Origin: Eledone cirrhosa
Taxonomy: Eukaryota
Direction: 5' to 3'
NCBI GenBank assembly: GCA_964016885.1
Contig: OZ024747.1
Coordinates: 79,794,001-79,858,000 of the forward strand
Length of the DNA stretch: 64,000 bases
Position numbers and translations under genes: made by a program. Shown in pieces: positions 25,687 to 38,763 of the stretch. The stretch's first letter is position 1. Each line of letters opens with the position of its first letter. Under the pieces are notes generated by a model, which saw only the letters and a list, made by a program, of their open reading frames with translations, ran no database searches and was not told the DNA's origin.

Positions 25687-27057
25687 CACTACTATACAAG
25701 GACAATATTGTTCGGTTTTGGAATAAACATGTTCATTTGGAGGAAGGGAGAGAGAGAGAGAAAGGTGGAAGACAAAGGATTTAGTGGAGAGAGAGAAAGA
25801 GAGAGTAAAAGATGTATGAGACAGGCCCATTGATGGGCCTGTCCCACCATCATCCACTTTTTAACAAGGAACTTTCAGATTTACAAACATTTATAGTGAT
25901 ATGCTTAGTTGGAAACTTTGCCTTAGAGTTACATAGAAGTGTGCCCACCCAGAATGTTGTGAAGCCCTACCTCCGCAGCACCAAAGCCTGGTGATAAGCT
26001 TGGTGGGAGATAAACTATTAATCTTAGCTCCTCAAAAAAGGAACATCTTTGAATAATCTCAAAGCCTTTTTTATCATCTGAAACTAGACATTTCAGAATA
26101 AATCGTCATCTTTACGGAAGAATTAATAAAATATAAATATTCTTCCCATTCTTTTTCTTGTGGGACAATAAGAATATTATCATTATAAACCACCGGACTG
26201 TAAACATCATTGATTTGTTTCATTCATTGAAACAAAGAGAAAGTGCGGAGTCAGTTTACATGCTTAACAAACTCCCTTCAACTCTTAACGTCCTGTACCA
26301 CATGAAACTGCATTAGTAAGACATTGTTGAAAAGTACAACACAGCACTATGAGACTGTATAATTACATAGTGAAATAGAGCTTCTGCCGTATTTTTGACT
26401 AAGGATGATTAATGGTTAACACAGTGGTCATGATAGCCAAAGATGTGGGTTCATGTCCCAGGTACATCAATGCTCATCCTTTTTCCATTCTGGGTTTTTT
26501 TATAACCCCAGCTATTAGGCTAATTTACTTAGTAAAACATATGGTGGAAGCTCTATTTCACTATCTAATTTCAAATTCTCCGCTGTTTGTAAACAAAACT
26601 AATTTTCAAAACAACACTAAGCTCTGTATCTTATATATACTGTATAATTAATTAAAATTTTATCTTTCAGCACACCACTCACAAACCCACACTGCCAATG
26701 TGTTTCAGTTTATTTTGAAAATAATGAAGAATTTGAAGGAATTTAGTAATATAGCTAAATTTTTTCATTATTAAATTAATGTTTAAAACAAAGATTCTTA
26801 CAATAGCAGGTTCTAATTAAAAGAACCCTTTAAAATGAGCAGATTTGTATCATAAAACCAGATGTAGGTTCGTTTGATATCAAAAAGGTCCAGTAAGTTA
26901 CTTGGAATAAAATTTGCAAGCATTCTCCAATTTTGTCTTTATGTGAGGGATGATTAAATGCAATGTTAGTGAGTGTATATAATCTCAGTGTTCTGTCATT
27001 GATATAGCTCAGTAAATAGATATTAGATCACAGTCATATTTGGGTGCTTCAATGTTG

Positions 27058-27115
27058 TCAGACGACACTCTCATATTTAACTCTGGGGCCACCGCCTTCT
27101 AAAACATGCAAGTAC
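27058..27115 (-). CDS. ARH-like terminal exon (E)YLHVLEGGGPRVKYESVV*
   Basis: tttctctcccattag acceptor, correct phase, TGA at 27060-27058. Confidence 0.8.
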
Positions 27116-27289
27116 CTAATGGGAGAGAAATATAAACAATGTAGTGCCAGCATACATGAAAACTTATGTTATATACAGAAACAAACATTACAGATCATGT
27201 GTGTGTATATACTCACATACAAAAATACAATATAATATCCACATACATATATGTAAATATATCACACTCATAATATATATATACATACT

Positions 27290-27837
27290 CACACACAAAA
27301 TACTATATATCTACATACACTTCATATATGTAAATATATCACATATAATATATACATACAAAACTACAATATAATATCTACATACACTTCATATATGTAA
27401 ATATATCACACATATAATATATACATACAAAACTACAATATAATATCTACATACACTTCATATATGTAAATATATCACACATATAATATATACATACAAA
27501 ACTACAATATAATATCTACATACACTTCATATATGTAAATATATCACACATATAATATATACATACAAAACTACAATATAATATCTACATACACTTCATA
27601 TATGTAAATATATCACACATATAATATATACATACAAAACTACAATATAATATCTACATAGACTTCATATATGTAAATATATCACACATATAATATATTC
27701 ATACAAAACTACAATATAATATCTACATACACTACATATATGTAAATATATCACACATGTAATATATACATACAAAACTACAATATAATATCTATATACA
27801 CTACATATATGTAAATATATCACACATATAATATATA
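27290..27837. repeat. 69-bp minisatellite, left part
   Basis: Unit CATACAAAACTACAATATAATATCTACATACACTTCATATATGTAAATATATCACACATATAATATATA, about 8 copies. Confidence 0.95.
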
Positions 27838-30754
27838 ATTTAACGGACACGTAGGTAAACACTGCGACGGCTTCAATAGAGTACATGGAGGCCATGGAGT
27901 TGGCACAAGGAATGAGGAAGGATTCAGACTTCTAGAATTCTGCGACACCAATGACATGTCGATATGTAACACAAACTTTAAAAAACCCGACAACCACCTG
28001 ATCACCTATAGATCAGGGGAGCACTCTAGTCAGTTAGATTTTATCCTCATCAGAGGACGTGACAGATGGACGGTCGTAAACACAAAAGCCTTCCCTAGTG
28101 AGGAATGTACATCCCAACATAGCTTAGTTGTCAGCGACCTCACGGTCAGAACTAGACGAGCCCTGAAACAGAGGCCAACCTGGAGAAGAAAGATCTGGAA
28201 GCTGAAAGTCCCCTCAACCAGTAACAGATTTAAAGATATTTTACTCAACGCCTACGACAGTAAAGAAGAACAGATAGAGACATTTAACGTAGAAGAGAAC
28301 TGGGAGTTCCTAAAAAATAACTTACTAGAGGCGACGGATGAGGTTTGTGGCTGGAGTAAGACCTCAAGCAGGAGGAGAGTGACTTGGTGGTGGAACAATA
28401 AGGTAGATGAAGCAGTCAAGGCCAAGAGACAGGCATGGAAAGAATGGAAGAACGGGGGGAGCAGGGTACATTACATCGAGACCAAGAGGGAAGCTAGGCG
28501 ACAAGTATACTTAGCTAGGAGGGAAGCAGAGGATAGAAAATTCAAGCATGTTTTACAACGTGAGGACCAGAAACAGGAGGTATTCAAGATTGCGAGGCAG
28601 TGTGTCAGAGATAGTTGTGATGTCATTGGAGAGAAGTGTATCCGGAATGATAAAGGTGAGCTTGCCCTCACAAGTGCTGAGAAGAAAGAAAGATGCATGG
28701 AAGAGTCATTATGATAGATTACTAAATGAGGAGAATGCATGGGAAGAAGAGACCCTACCCCACGTAGACCCTATAGAGGGACCAGCAGTACAAGTCAGCG
28801 GCAGCGTAGTAAGTAAGGCAATCAGAGATATGAAGATAGGGAAGGCAACCGGTCCATCGGGTATAGCTGCCGAGATGCTGAAGGCATCTGGGTCTGTAGG
28901 TCACACTATAACCACACGTATCGTTAACCAGGTAATACTAGAGGGGGCCATACCAAAAGATTGGTGCAGTAGCATCATTGTCAACTGCTACAAAGGTAAA
29001 GGCGATGCACTAGATAGAGGAAACTATAGAGGTATAAAGTTGATGGACCAGGTCATGAAAGTAACAGAAAGAGTTATAGCACAGCTGATTAGGGACCGGG
29101 TGAATATAGACGAGATGCAATTTGGGTTTGTACCAGGGAAAGGCACCACTGATGCCCTCTTCCTTGTGAGGCAATTACAGGAAAAGTACCTAGCTAAAAG
29201 TAAGCCACTCTACTTGGCATTTGTCGACCTTGAGAAAGCCTTTGACAGAGTTCCACGTGCTGTAATCTGGTGGGCTCTTAGAAAACTAGGAGTAGATGAA
29301 TGGCTTGTGAAAGCGGTACAAGCCATGTATAGGGGAGCAGTCAGCAAAGTTAGGATTGGCAATGAGTATAGCGAGGAATTTAGCGTACAGGTTGGGGTCC
29401 ACCAGGGCTCTGTTCTTAGCCCTCTCCTGTTCATCATAGTCCTGCAGGCAATAACGGAGGAGTTTAAGACCGGATGCCCATGGGAACTCCTGTATGCTGA
29501 TGACCTCGCACTCATAGCTGAATCTATGGTAGAACTAGAGAATAAATTCCAAACCTGGAAGCAGGGACTAGAGAGAAAGGGCCTCAAAGTCAACATGACA
29601 AAGACTAAGGTCCTTATAAGTAGACGAGAAAACAGAACCCAGATCCCCTCAGGGAAATGGCCTTGCTCAGTATGTAGGAAAGGTGTAGGTAGGAACTCCA
29701 TTCTCTGCCCCAAATGCAAACAATGGGTACACAAGAGATGTAGCGGGATCTCAGGAAGCTTAATTAAGAATGTAGGATTCACATGCAGCAGCTGTGCTGA
29801 AACAGCAAGCAAACAGCCACAGGAAACAAGTACCACCAATCTCTGGGAGGGCCCTGTAGAAACAGTAGACAGCTTCTGCTACCTAGGTGACCGAATTAGC
29901 AACGGAGGTGGGTGCTCAGAAAGTACAATAACTAGGGTAAGAACGGGATGGAAGAAGTTTAGGGAACTACTACCACTGCTAGCTGCAAAAGGCTTCTCCC
30001 TCAGAATGAAAGGCAGACTGTATGATGCGTGTATCCGAACAGCGATGTTGCATGGTAGTGAGACCTGGGCGCTGAAGGTGGAAGACTTACGTAGATTAGA
30101 GAGAAACGAAGCCTGCATGCTCCGATGGATGTGTAACAGTAATATACGTGAACGACAAAGCATAAAGGAGTTGAGAGAGAGACTGAGCATAAGAGGAATC
30201 AAATGCTGCGTGCAGGAGAGGCGGTTACGCTGGTATGGACATGTGATGCGTATGAAGGATGACAGCTGCATAAAAAGGTGCAGAGCACTAGAAGTTGATG
30301 GAAACCGCGGAGTGGGGAGACCCAAGATGACTTGGGATGAGGTGATAAAAGCCGACCTTACCCAACTACACCTCTCAAAGTCAATGACACACGACCGTGA
30401 CTTCTGGCGTCACGCAGTAATACAGGGTACCCGACCTCCCATGGGTACATGCTGAAGCATATAAACAATATGCCCCCCCCCCCCCCCCCCAAGGTGGTCG
30501 TGGAGGTGCCACGGCAAAAAAGCACCCAGCCCACACTGTAAAGTGGACGTGTAGGCGCCACGAAAAAGCACCCAGCACTCACTGTAAATGAGGTTGGTGT
30601 TAGGAAGGGCATCCAGCTGTAGAAATCAAGCCAGATCAGTTCCTGTATGAGCAAGGCATGGTCAGCCGACCAGACACTGCCCACAACAGGACAACCCGTC
30701 TAACCCATGCTAGCGTGGAAGAACGGACGTAAAACGGTGATGATGATGATGATG
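27838..30754 (+). mobile_element. Young RTE-clade LINE, 5'-truncated, one frameshift near 28690
   Basis: Partial APE (FNGHVG, SQLDFIL, SQHSLV) plus an open RT ORF to 30455 (AFVDLEKAFDRV, GVHQGSVLSPLLF, YADD); (GAT)n tail; TSD ATAATATATA at 27828-37 and 30755-64. Confidence 0.97.
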
Positions 30755-31445
30755 ATAATATATACATACAAAACTACAATATAATATCTACATACACTAC
30801 ATATATGTAAATATATCACACATGTAATATATACATACAAAACTACAATATAATATCTATATACACTACATATATGTAAATATATCACATATAATATATT
30901 CATACAAAACTACAATATAATATCTACATACACTTCATATATGTAAATATATCACACATATAATATATACATACAAAACTACAATATAATATCTACATAC
31001 ACTTCATATATGTAAATATATCACACACATAATATATTCATACAAAACTACAATATAATATCTACATACACTTCATATATGTAAATATATCACACACATA
31101 ATATATACATACAAAACTACAATATAATATCTACATACACTACATATATGTAAATATATCACACATGTAATATATACATACAAAACTACAATATAATATC
31201 TACATACACTTCATATATGTAAATATATCACACATATAATATATACATACAAAACTACAATATAATGTCTACATACACTTCATATATGTAAATATATCAC
31301 ACATATAATATATACATACAAAACTACAATATAATATCTACATACACTACATATATGTAAATATATCACACACATAATATATACATACAAAACTACAATA
31401 TAATATCTACATACACTACATATATGTAAATATATCACACACACA
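30755..31445. repeat. 69-bp minisatellite, right part
   Basis: Same unit, about 10 copies, resuming in register after the RTE. Confidence 0.95.
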
Positions 31446-31819
31446 TACAAGGTTTGTCCCAAAAGTAAGGGTACTGATGTTTTATTTAATTGTATATTAA
31501 ATAACGACCTTTGGAAAGTCACGTTTTTTCCTCATTGATTGTAGCAGTATCAGAAGTCATTTTCTGTGAGTGTTTCCAAGTATAATAATGATTTCTATTT
31601 TGGACACAAAATCAGTAATTTTTAAGGATGGTGGGGAGGTAGAATCGATTAAATTGAAAACAGGACTTAACTGGTACTTTATTTTATCAACCCTGGCAGG
31701 ATGAAAGGCAAAGATGACCTCAGTGGAGTTTGAACTTAGAATGAAAATAAAATACTGCTATACATTTGATGCTCTAAAAACTCTGCCAATTTCTGTTCTC
31801 AATGTAACAGTATAATAAT

Positions 31820-32008
31820 TATTTCTACTTTTGGCACAAGGCCAGCAGTTATCCCAGTGTATTACTGGTACTTTATTTTATCGACTCCGTAAGGATGAAA
31901 GGCAAAGTTAACCTTGGCGGGATTTGAACTCAGACCATAAAGGGCCGTAACTCTTTGCTGCAAAGCATGGCGTCCGACCCTCTACCGATACTGCCAATCC
32001 CCCGCCCT
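31820..32008 (-). mobile_element. tRNA-derived SINE (core TTGCCTTTCATCCTTACGGGGTCGATAAAATAAAGTACCAG family)
   Basis: Full copy with a 17-bp TSD TGT(A/G)ACAGTATAATAAT at 31803-19 and 32011-27. Confidence 0.88.
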
Positions 32009-32213
32009 TATGTGACAGTATAATAATATATTGCTACAAGGGAAAAGGTGATGCTACAAAAGAAACTGAAGACAGCAACAGAAAACTTTAGTACAACTCA
32101 TAAGATACTGTTTTCATTTGCATCAAGGGTCACCACACATGCTTTCTTGGTAGCGAGACAACAGCAAAAAGAAACTATTAGTTATATAAATATAAAACAA
32201 AATGTAAACTAAC

Positions 32214-32344
32214 TCATCTAAAACTGAATCAAGCCATGTCCTGTGCAGGAGACCCTCAATCCAAGATTTGGGAATGGCATCAAGACCCATTTTACATCCA
32301 AGTACAGTTCCAGCTACAGCAGCATTAGCATCAGCATCTCCTCC
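32214..32344 (-). CDS. ARH-like exon 8 GGDADANAAVAGTVLGCKMGLDAIPKSWIEGL...
   Basis: tttcag acceptor, gttagt donor; GGD.D...AVAG...G....IP..W motif. Confidence 0.94.
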
Positions 32345-32504
32345 CTGAAATCAAGAGTAATTTTTTTTCATACTCATACAAGCATGGTGACACTAAAAGT
32401 AAAAGTGGTGACAGACCAGAGTCTACAGTTTTTGGTGATTGAATGGAGACAATATATGTTCTGAGAGGACTCTTTAGTCTCAACGATCATGTGACAACCC
32501 TTCT

Positions 32505-32828
32505 AGTGCTGGTGCCCTGAAAAACACACCAAGTACACTGTAAAGTGGTAGTGTTGGTGCCCTGAAAAACACACCAAGTACACTGTAAAGTGATAGTGTT
32601 GGTGCCCTGAAAAACACACCAAGTACACTGTAAAGTGATAGTGTTGGTGCTCTGAAAAACACACCAAGTACACTGTAAAGTGGTAGTGTTGGTGCCTTGA
32701 TAATACACACCAAGTACACCCTGTAAAGTGGTAGTATTGGTGCCCTGATAAAACACACCAAGTACACTCTGTAAAGTGGAGTGCTGGTACCCTGATAAAA
32801 GATAACCAGCTCACTCTGTAAAGTGGTA
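32505..32828 (+). repeat. About 45-bp tandem array derived from the RTE/SINE 3'UTR module
   Basis: Unit GTGTTGGTGCCCTGAAAAACACACCAAGTACACTGTAAAGTG(G/A)TA, about 7 copies. Confidence 0.9.
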
Positions 32829-32959
32829 TTGCTGAGATTCGATATTACATGAGATAAAGTTTTAACCATGGAAATACAATAATATATATATATATATATA
32901 TAATGGTCGTAAATACCTGGATAAAATCCCTTTTTTAATGCTTACCTTTTCTCTTTTAT

Positions 32960-32991
<32 letters not shown>

Positions 32992-33471
32992 GAGAGAGTA
33001 ATGTAAATGCTAAAGGATTAATTATGAAAAAGGTAGTTATTTCTTTAAATCTCTCCAAATTCCTGATTATTTGGAAAATTGTAACACATCCTGTGAGTAT
33101 CATGTTTTTGGAATAGGTACACCCTATCCATGTGTGGCATAAGAAAGGACTAAATGGGTTGGCATTAGGAAGAGCATCTGGCTGTAAAACATTGGCCCAA
33201 AACATTTTGTTCAACCGACGCCAGCAGGGAAAATTGGATGGAATGATGATAGGCAGCATGTTTCATTAGAAATATAACTATAAAAGAGTTAAATACAAAA
33301 TATAGATGAGTAAATATTGTTACTAATATATAGATTGAACCTGTAATGATGGTTCAATTTCCATGCTGACTAACTCATTATAGAAAGAATGAAAGAGAGA
33401 GAGAGAGATGAAGAAGAAATCAGAGTTAGTAGACAGATCCAAATCACTAAGTTCAAACAATTGAGTCTTAC

Positions 33472-33630
33472 CTCCATTACAATCTCTTGCAGTGCTTTGC
33501 GAAAGTTTTTCTGTTTCAGTGCCCACATAGCAACACCAACTGTTTTAAAAATATACCGGGTTTTGCCAGGTTCATCCAGGTGTAGTTGTTTCAAGGATGA
33601 CTGGTACATATAAGATTGCAACTCACGAAC
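33472..33630 (-). CDS. ARH-like exon 7 VRELQSYMYQSSLKQLHLDEPGKTRYIFKTVG...FRKALQEIVME
   Basis: ctcaag acceptor, gtaaga donor; leads directly into the GGDAD exon. Confidence 0.9.
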
Positions 33631-34249
33631 CTTGAGAAAATATAAAGTTACAAATGAAACTATAGAATATAAACTGCTAAACATAAGACATCCTTGCTTG
33701 AATAGTTCATGTCATTTATGCATTTATATCATGTATGTACCTGTAACTCCTGGGAGTAGTAGAGCTCTGTCATAAGCACTTTAAACCTGGTGGAGCCCAT
33801 CCCCTCTCCAGGTTGGAACACAGCTGATTTCTTCCAGAAAAGGAAAGAGGGAAAATGAGAAAGAGATATAGAGGAAGAATTGATCCTGTCACTGGACAGG
33901 TACTTTTTATTGACCTTGAAAGGATGAAGGGCAAAGTTAACTTCGGTGAGATTTGAACTTAGCGAGTGCAGAGACAGATACATACTGCAAAGCATTCTAT
34001 ACAACGTTCTTACGACTCTGCCAATTCACTGTATCCAGTTGTGTTTATTGACAGAAAAGCATGTTTTTTGGATTGTCCTATAGGCAGTGTGAATTCAGCT
34101 TAAAATAGGTACACCATATCCCTGTGTGATGTAAGAAGTAACAAAAGGGGTTGGTGTTAGGAAGGGCATCTGACTGTAAAAAGTCTTGCCCCACCTATTC
34201 CAGCATGGAAAAGTCAATGTGACGACGATGATGATGATAGTGTAGAGAT

Positions 34250-34520
34250 TACGAAAAGAAACACTGCTTCCTTGTTATGCCAATTGCCATCGGGGCCTTG
34301 GGTGTGCCCAGTTCTCAAACTGACATTTTCTTTCACAAGATGAAGATGAGCACATCCCGTTTGCGGAAGGAGTTCTGTGAGGTAAAGTGGCTGATGCAGC
34401 GAGTGTCGCTGGTTATTCTACCTGGCAATACCCTCACCATTTTGTCTGCTAGGCACAACTGAGACATATCAATTAGACTGGGTTGTAGAGTATATCGCTC
34501 CTTCTTTCCTTTTGCTATTC
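34250..34520 (+). mobile_element. Possible 3' fragment of a CRE/RLE-type non-LTR element
   Basis: PIAIGALG...WLMQRVSLVILPGNTLTIL resembles the RLE C-terminus (QR.S..I..GN). Confidence 0.45.
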
Positions 34521-34584
34521 AAATTTTTTTTTTTTTTTTTTTTTTCGATTTTTTTTCCCTTCCCTTTTTTTTAAATATGCAAAT

Positions 34585-35223
34585 GTAGGCAGACCCAGAA
34601 AAACCTGGGACGAGCTGATAAATTCCGACCTCACACACTTACACCTCTCCAAGACAATGTCACTGGACCGAGACCTTTGGCGGTACTCAGTAACAGAGAA
34701 GACCCGCGTTACCTAAATACAAAGTAAAACCTACTACAGTCAGTAGGCATCTCTAACAAAGTACACCCCCGTCCCACCACCCCCACCCCATCCACACCGC
34801 CCCTTTCAATGTAAAGTTATGTTGGTGCCACAAAATCCAGGCCGAAACAAATGAGATCGTGTAGGTGTCACGAAAAAAAAAACACACAGTCCACGCTGTA
34901 ATGTGACCGTGTAGGCAACACGGTAAAAACGTCCCAGTCCCACACTGTAAATGTGGTTGGTGTTAGGAAGGGCATCCAGCTGTAGAAAACCTGCCAGACA
35001 GTCCACGCTGTAATGTGGCCGTGTAGGCAACACGGTAAAAACCTCCCAGCCCCACACTGTAAATGTGGTTGGTGTTAGGAAGGGCATCCAACTGTAGAAA
35101 ACCCGCCAGACAGTCCTATGCGAGCAAGACAACCACTCTTGCCTCAAGTGGGAAAACTCCCGTCCAAACCCATGCAAGCATGGAACACGGACGTTAAACG
35201 ATGATGATGATGATGATGATGAT
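34585..35223 (+). mobile_element. RTE 3' fragment with internal ~115-bp tandem duplication
   Basis: GRPRKTWDELI..; closely matches 10431-10965 in reverse; 34887-35000 repeated at 34998-35112; (GAT)n tail. Confidence 0.9.
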
Positions 35224-35381
35224 GTAGCTGAATTGTACATTTTTCAAAGCAGTTATATTTACCCTATAGTGTTACTAGTGCTAAACTGTAAAGTGATGTA
35301 TGCACAACTAAAAACTGGAGCAGTTATATAATGAAAACAATCTAAAATTTAGAAAAGGGAATATATATATATGTAACAAAC

Positions 35382-35535
35382 CTCTGCATCAAGGGTGAGT
35401 AATTTTGATGCATAATCAAAAGCATCAGATATGATGGCATTAACATTATAATCACCAGACTTTTTTAGATGTTTTGGGTCTCGTTGAAGCAACATGGCTA
35501 ATGTTACTGACAGCGCAACACCTCCTGCCTGACAC
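35382..35535 (-). CDS. ARH-like exon 6 CQAGGVALSVTLAMLLQRDPK...LTLDAE
   Basis: ttccag acceptor, gtttgt donor; in frame. Confidence 0.88.
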
Positions 35536-35769
35536 CTGGAATGGTAGAAAATATCAGGTAAATATTTACTAAAAATGAGGTTTAATAGATAAAATGTTTC
35601 AAGAGAATAAAATAATTAGATAAGGTTCATTTGAAGAAGCACAACAGCTAAGTGGATGAGGAGAAACTCAGTCTCAAAGGTTCATATCTTACTTGGATAC
35701 AATTCTAGAGATTCTTCCATTCCTACTCTATTTTATTATAAATTAGGGATGTATAGAAAGTTGCTTTAA

Positions 35770-35963
35770 CCCTTTAGCATTCAAACCGGCCATAATTCCC
35801 TAACCTCTTTCTGTTCAAACTGGCGGTAACTAGCCACTCATACTAATGTTAAGATATTGTTTTCAACATAATATCAAAATCTCATGGATTCGATATTATG
35901 TGAGATAAAGCCTTTATCATGAAAATATAATAATAAGTATAGAGTAATGTAAATGCCAAAGGG
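35770..35963. mobile_element. piggyBac-type MITE
   Basis: ttaa|CCCTTTAGCATT ... AATGCCAAAGGG|ttaa. Confidence 0.85.
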
Positions 35964-36019
35964 TTAAAAGTAGACATTGAATTGGAAAGTAACAAAACAT
36001 GTCTAAAATTTCTTTTTAC

Positions 36020-36174
36020 CTAGAATCTGGTTGTAAAATACTACACACAAGTAATGTGTTCTTGATAACTTTTCCAATAGTATTATAATAATGAATTCCG
36101 AGAATTGGAGAAAATGCTAAAACTGCATTACTGGCTACATAATTCCCTTTCATCCTCCATACTATTTCTGCTGC
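36020..36174 (-). CDS. ARH-like exon 5 AAEIVWRMKGNYVASNAVLAFSPILG...LQPDS(R)
   Basis: atatag acceptor, gtaaaa donor; in frame with flanking exons. Confidence 0.88.
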
Positions 36175-36678
36175 CTATATTCAGAAAAGAAAAGAAAAGA
36201 AAAGAAAATCAATTTTATATAAAAAGTGAGGGAGAAAAGTGGAAAACTGAAGAGAAAATATCTTGTTTAGTTGAGGCCATTTTTAACTTGAGCTTAAATA
36301 TTTGATTAACTGTTATTTAGTTCCAAATTTACTGTCACTGAACAAACCTATGATCAAAAGTGTTCCACCCATGACCATCTCATCCTGATGTCAGACATAG
36401 TTTATCTAGTATTAAATTGTTTAATGTCTCTTTCATGCAGAAGGGTGTAATTTAACTCTTAATATCCTATGAGGATTTAGCAGATAATATCTAAAAATGG
36501 GTTTGTTAATTCAAATTGTCATTGTTTAATATTCATTTTCCCTATTTATAGTATTTTTACCAATGAACAGATCTTTGAAAATCCAGAGTAAATTCAAGTA
36601 AAGATTTTAGTTTCTAATATGATGCTGTCATATTGCTGTTTTGAGGATGAGCTTAGCTCACATTAACTCCTCTCTTAA

Positions 36679-36882
36679 CCCTTTAGCATTGACATTACTC
36701 TATATATACTATTATATTTTCCCAGTAAAGGCTTTATCTTACATAATTATCTCATAAAATATTGAATCTATGAGATTTTGATGTTATATATTTTGAGAAC
36801 AATACCTTAATGTAGGTATGAACGGCCAGTTTGAACAGAGAGAGAGTTCTGGCCAGATATGGCTAGCTTAAATGTTAAAGGG
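36679..36882. mobile_element. piggyBac-type MITE
   Basis: ttaa|CCCTTTAGCATT ... AATGTTAAAGGG|ttaa. Confidence 0.85.
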
Positions 36883-37083
36883 TTAAAACAGTATTAATTC
36901 TGAAATGATGTCTAGACAAGGAAACTAAGACAAGTACAGTAATATGCTTTGTCCAAGGACATGTTTTAATGCCAGCTACAAATATGGAAGTGAAAACCTG
37001 TGGCATGTGACTTCAGCACAATAACATACATGTTGTGAGGATAGAATGGAGGAGTTAATGAACAAAAATTCAAGTTATCTTAC

Positions 37084-37227
37084 TTTTTCTGGTTGTTCTG
37101 AAAACTGTGGATGGTTGATCACAGACTTGAGATGAGGACAAAGACCTTTTGCTATTTTATCTCCTAATTCAGGAAACCCCGATTCAGACCATTCCATCAT
37201 CATCTTAGCAAATTCAACAGAAGGAAT
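37084..37227 (-). CDS. ARH-like exon 4 IPSVEFAKMMMEWSESGFPELGDKIAKGL...QPEK
   Basis: aag acceptor after a T-rich tract, gtaaga donor; FA....W...GFPELGD segment. Confidence 0.88.
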
Positions 37228-37752
37228 CTTAAAACAAAAGGAAAGAAACAAAACCAAATATTATTTGCTTATGCTTTACATTGAAGCATATAAGATAGGA
37301 CTCTTCCTGGCAACCTCCCTAGTTTTGGTGACCTGCACAATAAAAACATTCAGTACACTCTATAAAGTGGTTGATGATAAGAAAAACATGAAACCATAGA
37401 AAACCTGACAAATAAAGTGTCGAGAGGACTCTTCAGCTGTGTAAAAGAAATAACAACCTCCTTACTGCTGGTGCCATGATAAAATTAAGTGCTGACTTTG
37501 TGATGATCTGTCCAAGCCTTGCTATCAGAGGAAAGAGACATTTAATGATGATAAGTAGAGCTACTGACCTCTCAGATACGCTGGGGGAGGAGTGTGGTTA
37601 GTATCTCATATAGATTCCTACACCCTACCAAGTGCATTTTATGACACCAGCACTAAGGTTGTGTTTGACATAACTGAAGAGTTCTTCTGACCCTTTGATG
37701 ATATATATATATTTAACTTTTATAAAGAATGAAATTCATGCAAACAATTTAC

Positions 37753-37902
37753 CTGTCCATTATATTCGATCAAACATTTAATGAGAATAATAAGCATGTC
37801 TGTATCATCTGTCCAGTCACCAGCTTCCCATTGTTCACGATGACGATCTACTACCATTCGTTTGCATACCAATTCTAGTTCATTTGACACACAACCATAA
37901 TT
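37753..37902 (-). CDS. ARH-like exon 3 NYGCVSNEL...WEAGDWTDDTDMLIILIKCLIEYNGQ
   Basis: tttag acceptor, gtaaat donor; G.WTDDT metal-binding motif. Confidence 0.94.
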
Positions 37903-38575
37903 CTAAAACAAAGACATTAAAAAAGAAAAAATACAATTTAAAACTCTAATATGACAAAAGCATCTTTTACATAAACTCTAAATTATGATTCATTTATCCC
38001 TCAATATATTGAATATCAATGAAATGCACTTAGCCCTTACATATACTTCAGTTTTGTATTTTTCATTGTCATTCTTAGGCTCTCCTAGTGTGGAGCAAAT
38101 GATAAATATAGGACAAGTGCAATCCTAAGTGTTGTAGTTTAATTGATGGAAAGAGAGATTAGGTGGTTAGAAAGGTCTAAATGAATGAAATTGTGAGTAG
38201 AAAGGTTTGGAAAACATTTTTCAGAACAAAATATGAAAGGAGATAAACATGATGAGGATGACATAAGTAGAAAAGACATGTCCATCTTCACTTGACTTAG
38301 ACAAGTTTAACAAAGTCACATATTCAGTGAAACAAAAGTCATTGTAACAGAGGTAGAAAATACAAATAACTGACACATTTTTTGGTAGGCCTGGAGGTAT
38401 AGTCTGTTGGTGAATATGACCTTTCTTGATTTCAGTTTAGATTGATTTCTATCATCTCAGTACAAATTATGTTTGCACTTTTCTAAAGATTTAAAAAACA
38501 AGGTTGACTTTGGGTCTCTTATCTCTTTATGATATGTCAATTATAACCCACACAAGTGTGGAAAATAGACATTAA

Positions 38576-38763
38576 CCTTTTAGCATTTACATTACTCTAT
38601 ATTTACTATTGTATTTTCGTAGTAAAAGCTTTACTTCACATAATATCGAATCTATGAGATTTTGATATTATTTATTTTGAGAACAATACCATAACATCAG
38701 TATGAGCAGCCAGTTTGAACAGAAATAGGTGAGAGAATTCTGTCGAGATACGGCTAGTTTAAA
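38576..38763. mobile_element. piggyBac-type MITE, one end truncated
   Basis: Same internal sequence; only the left TIR is clear. Confidence 0.75.

Noticed and set aside
11113-30325. Antisense ORFs such as 11113-11397, 29210-29839 and 29879-30325
   Set aside because: Shadow frames on the opposite strand of RTE coding sequence
27290-32828. 69-bp and 45-bp arrays as CRISPR-like loci
   Set aside because: Head-to-tail units without unique spacers, eukaryotic intron context, no cas genes
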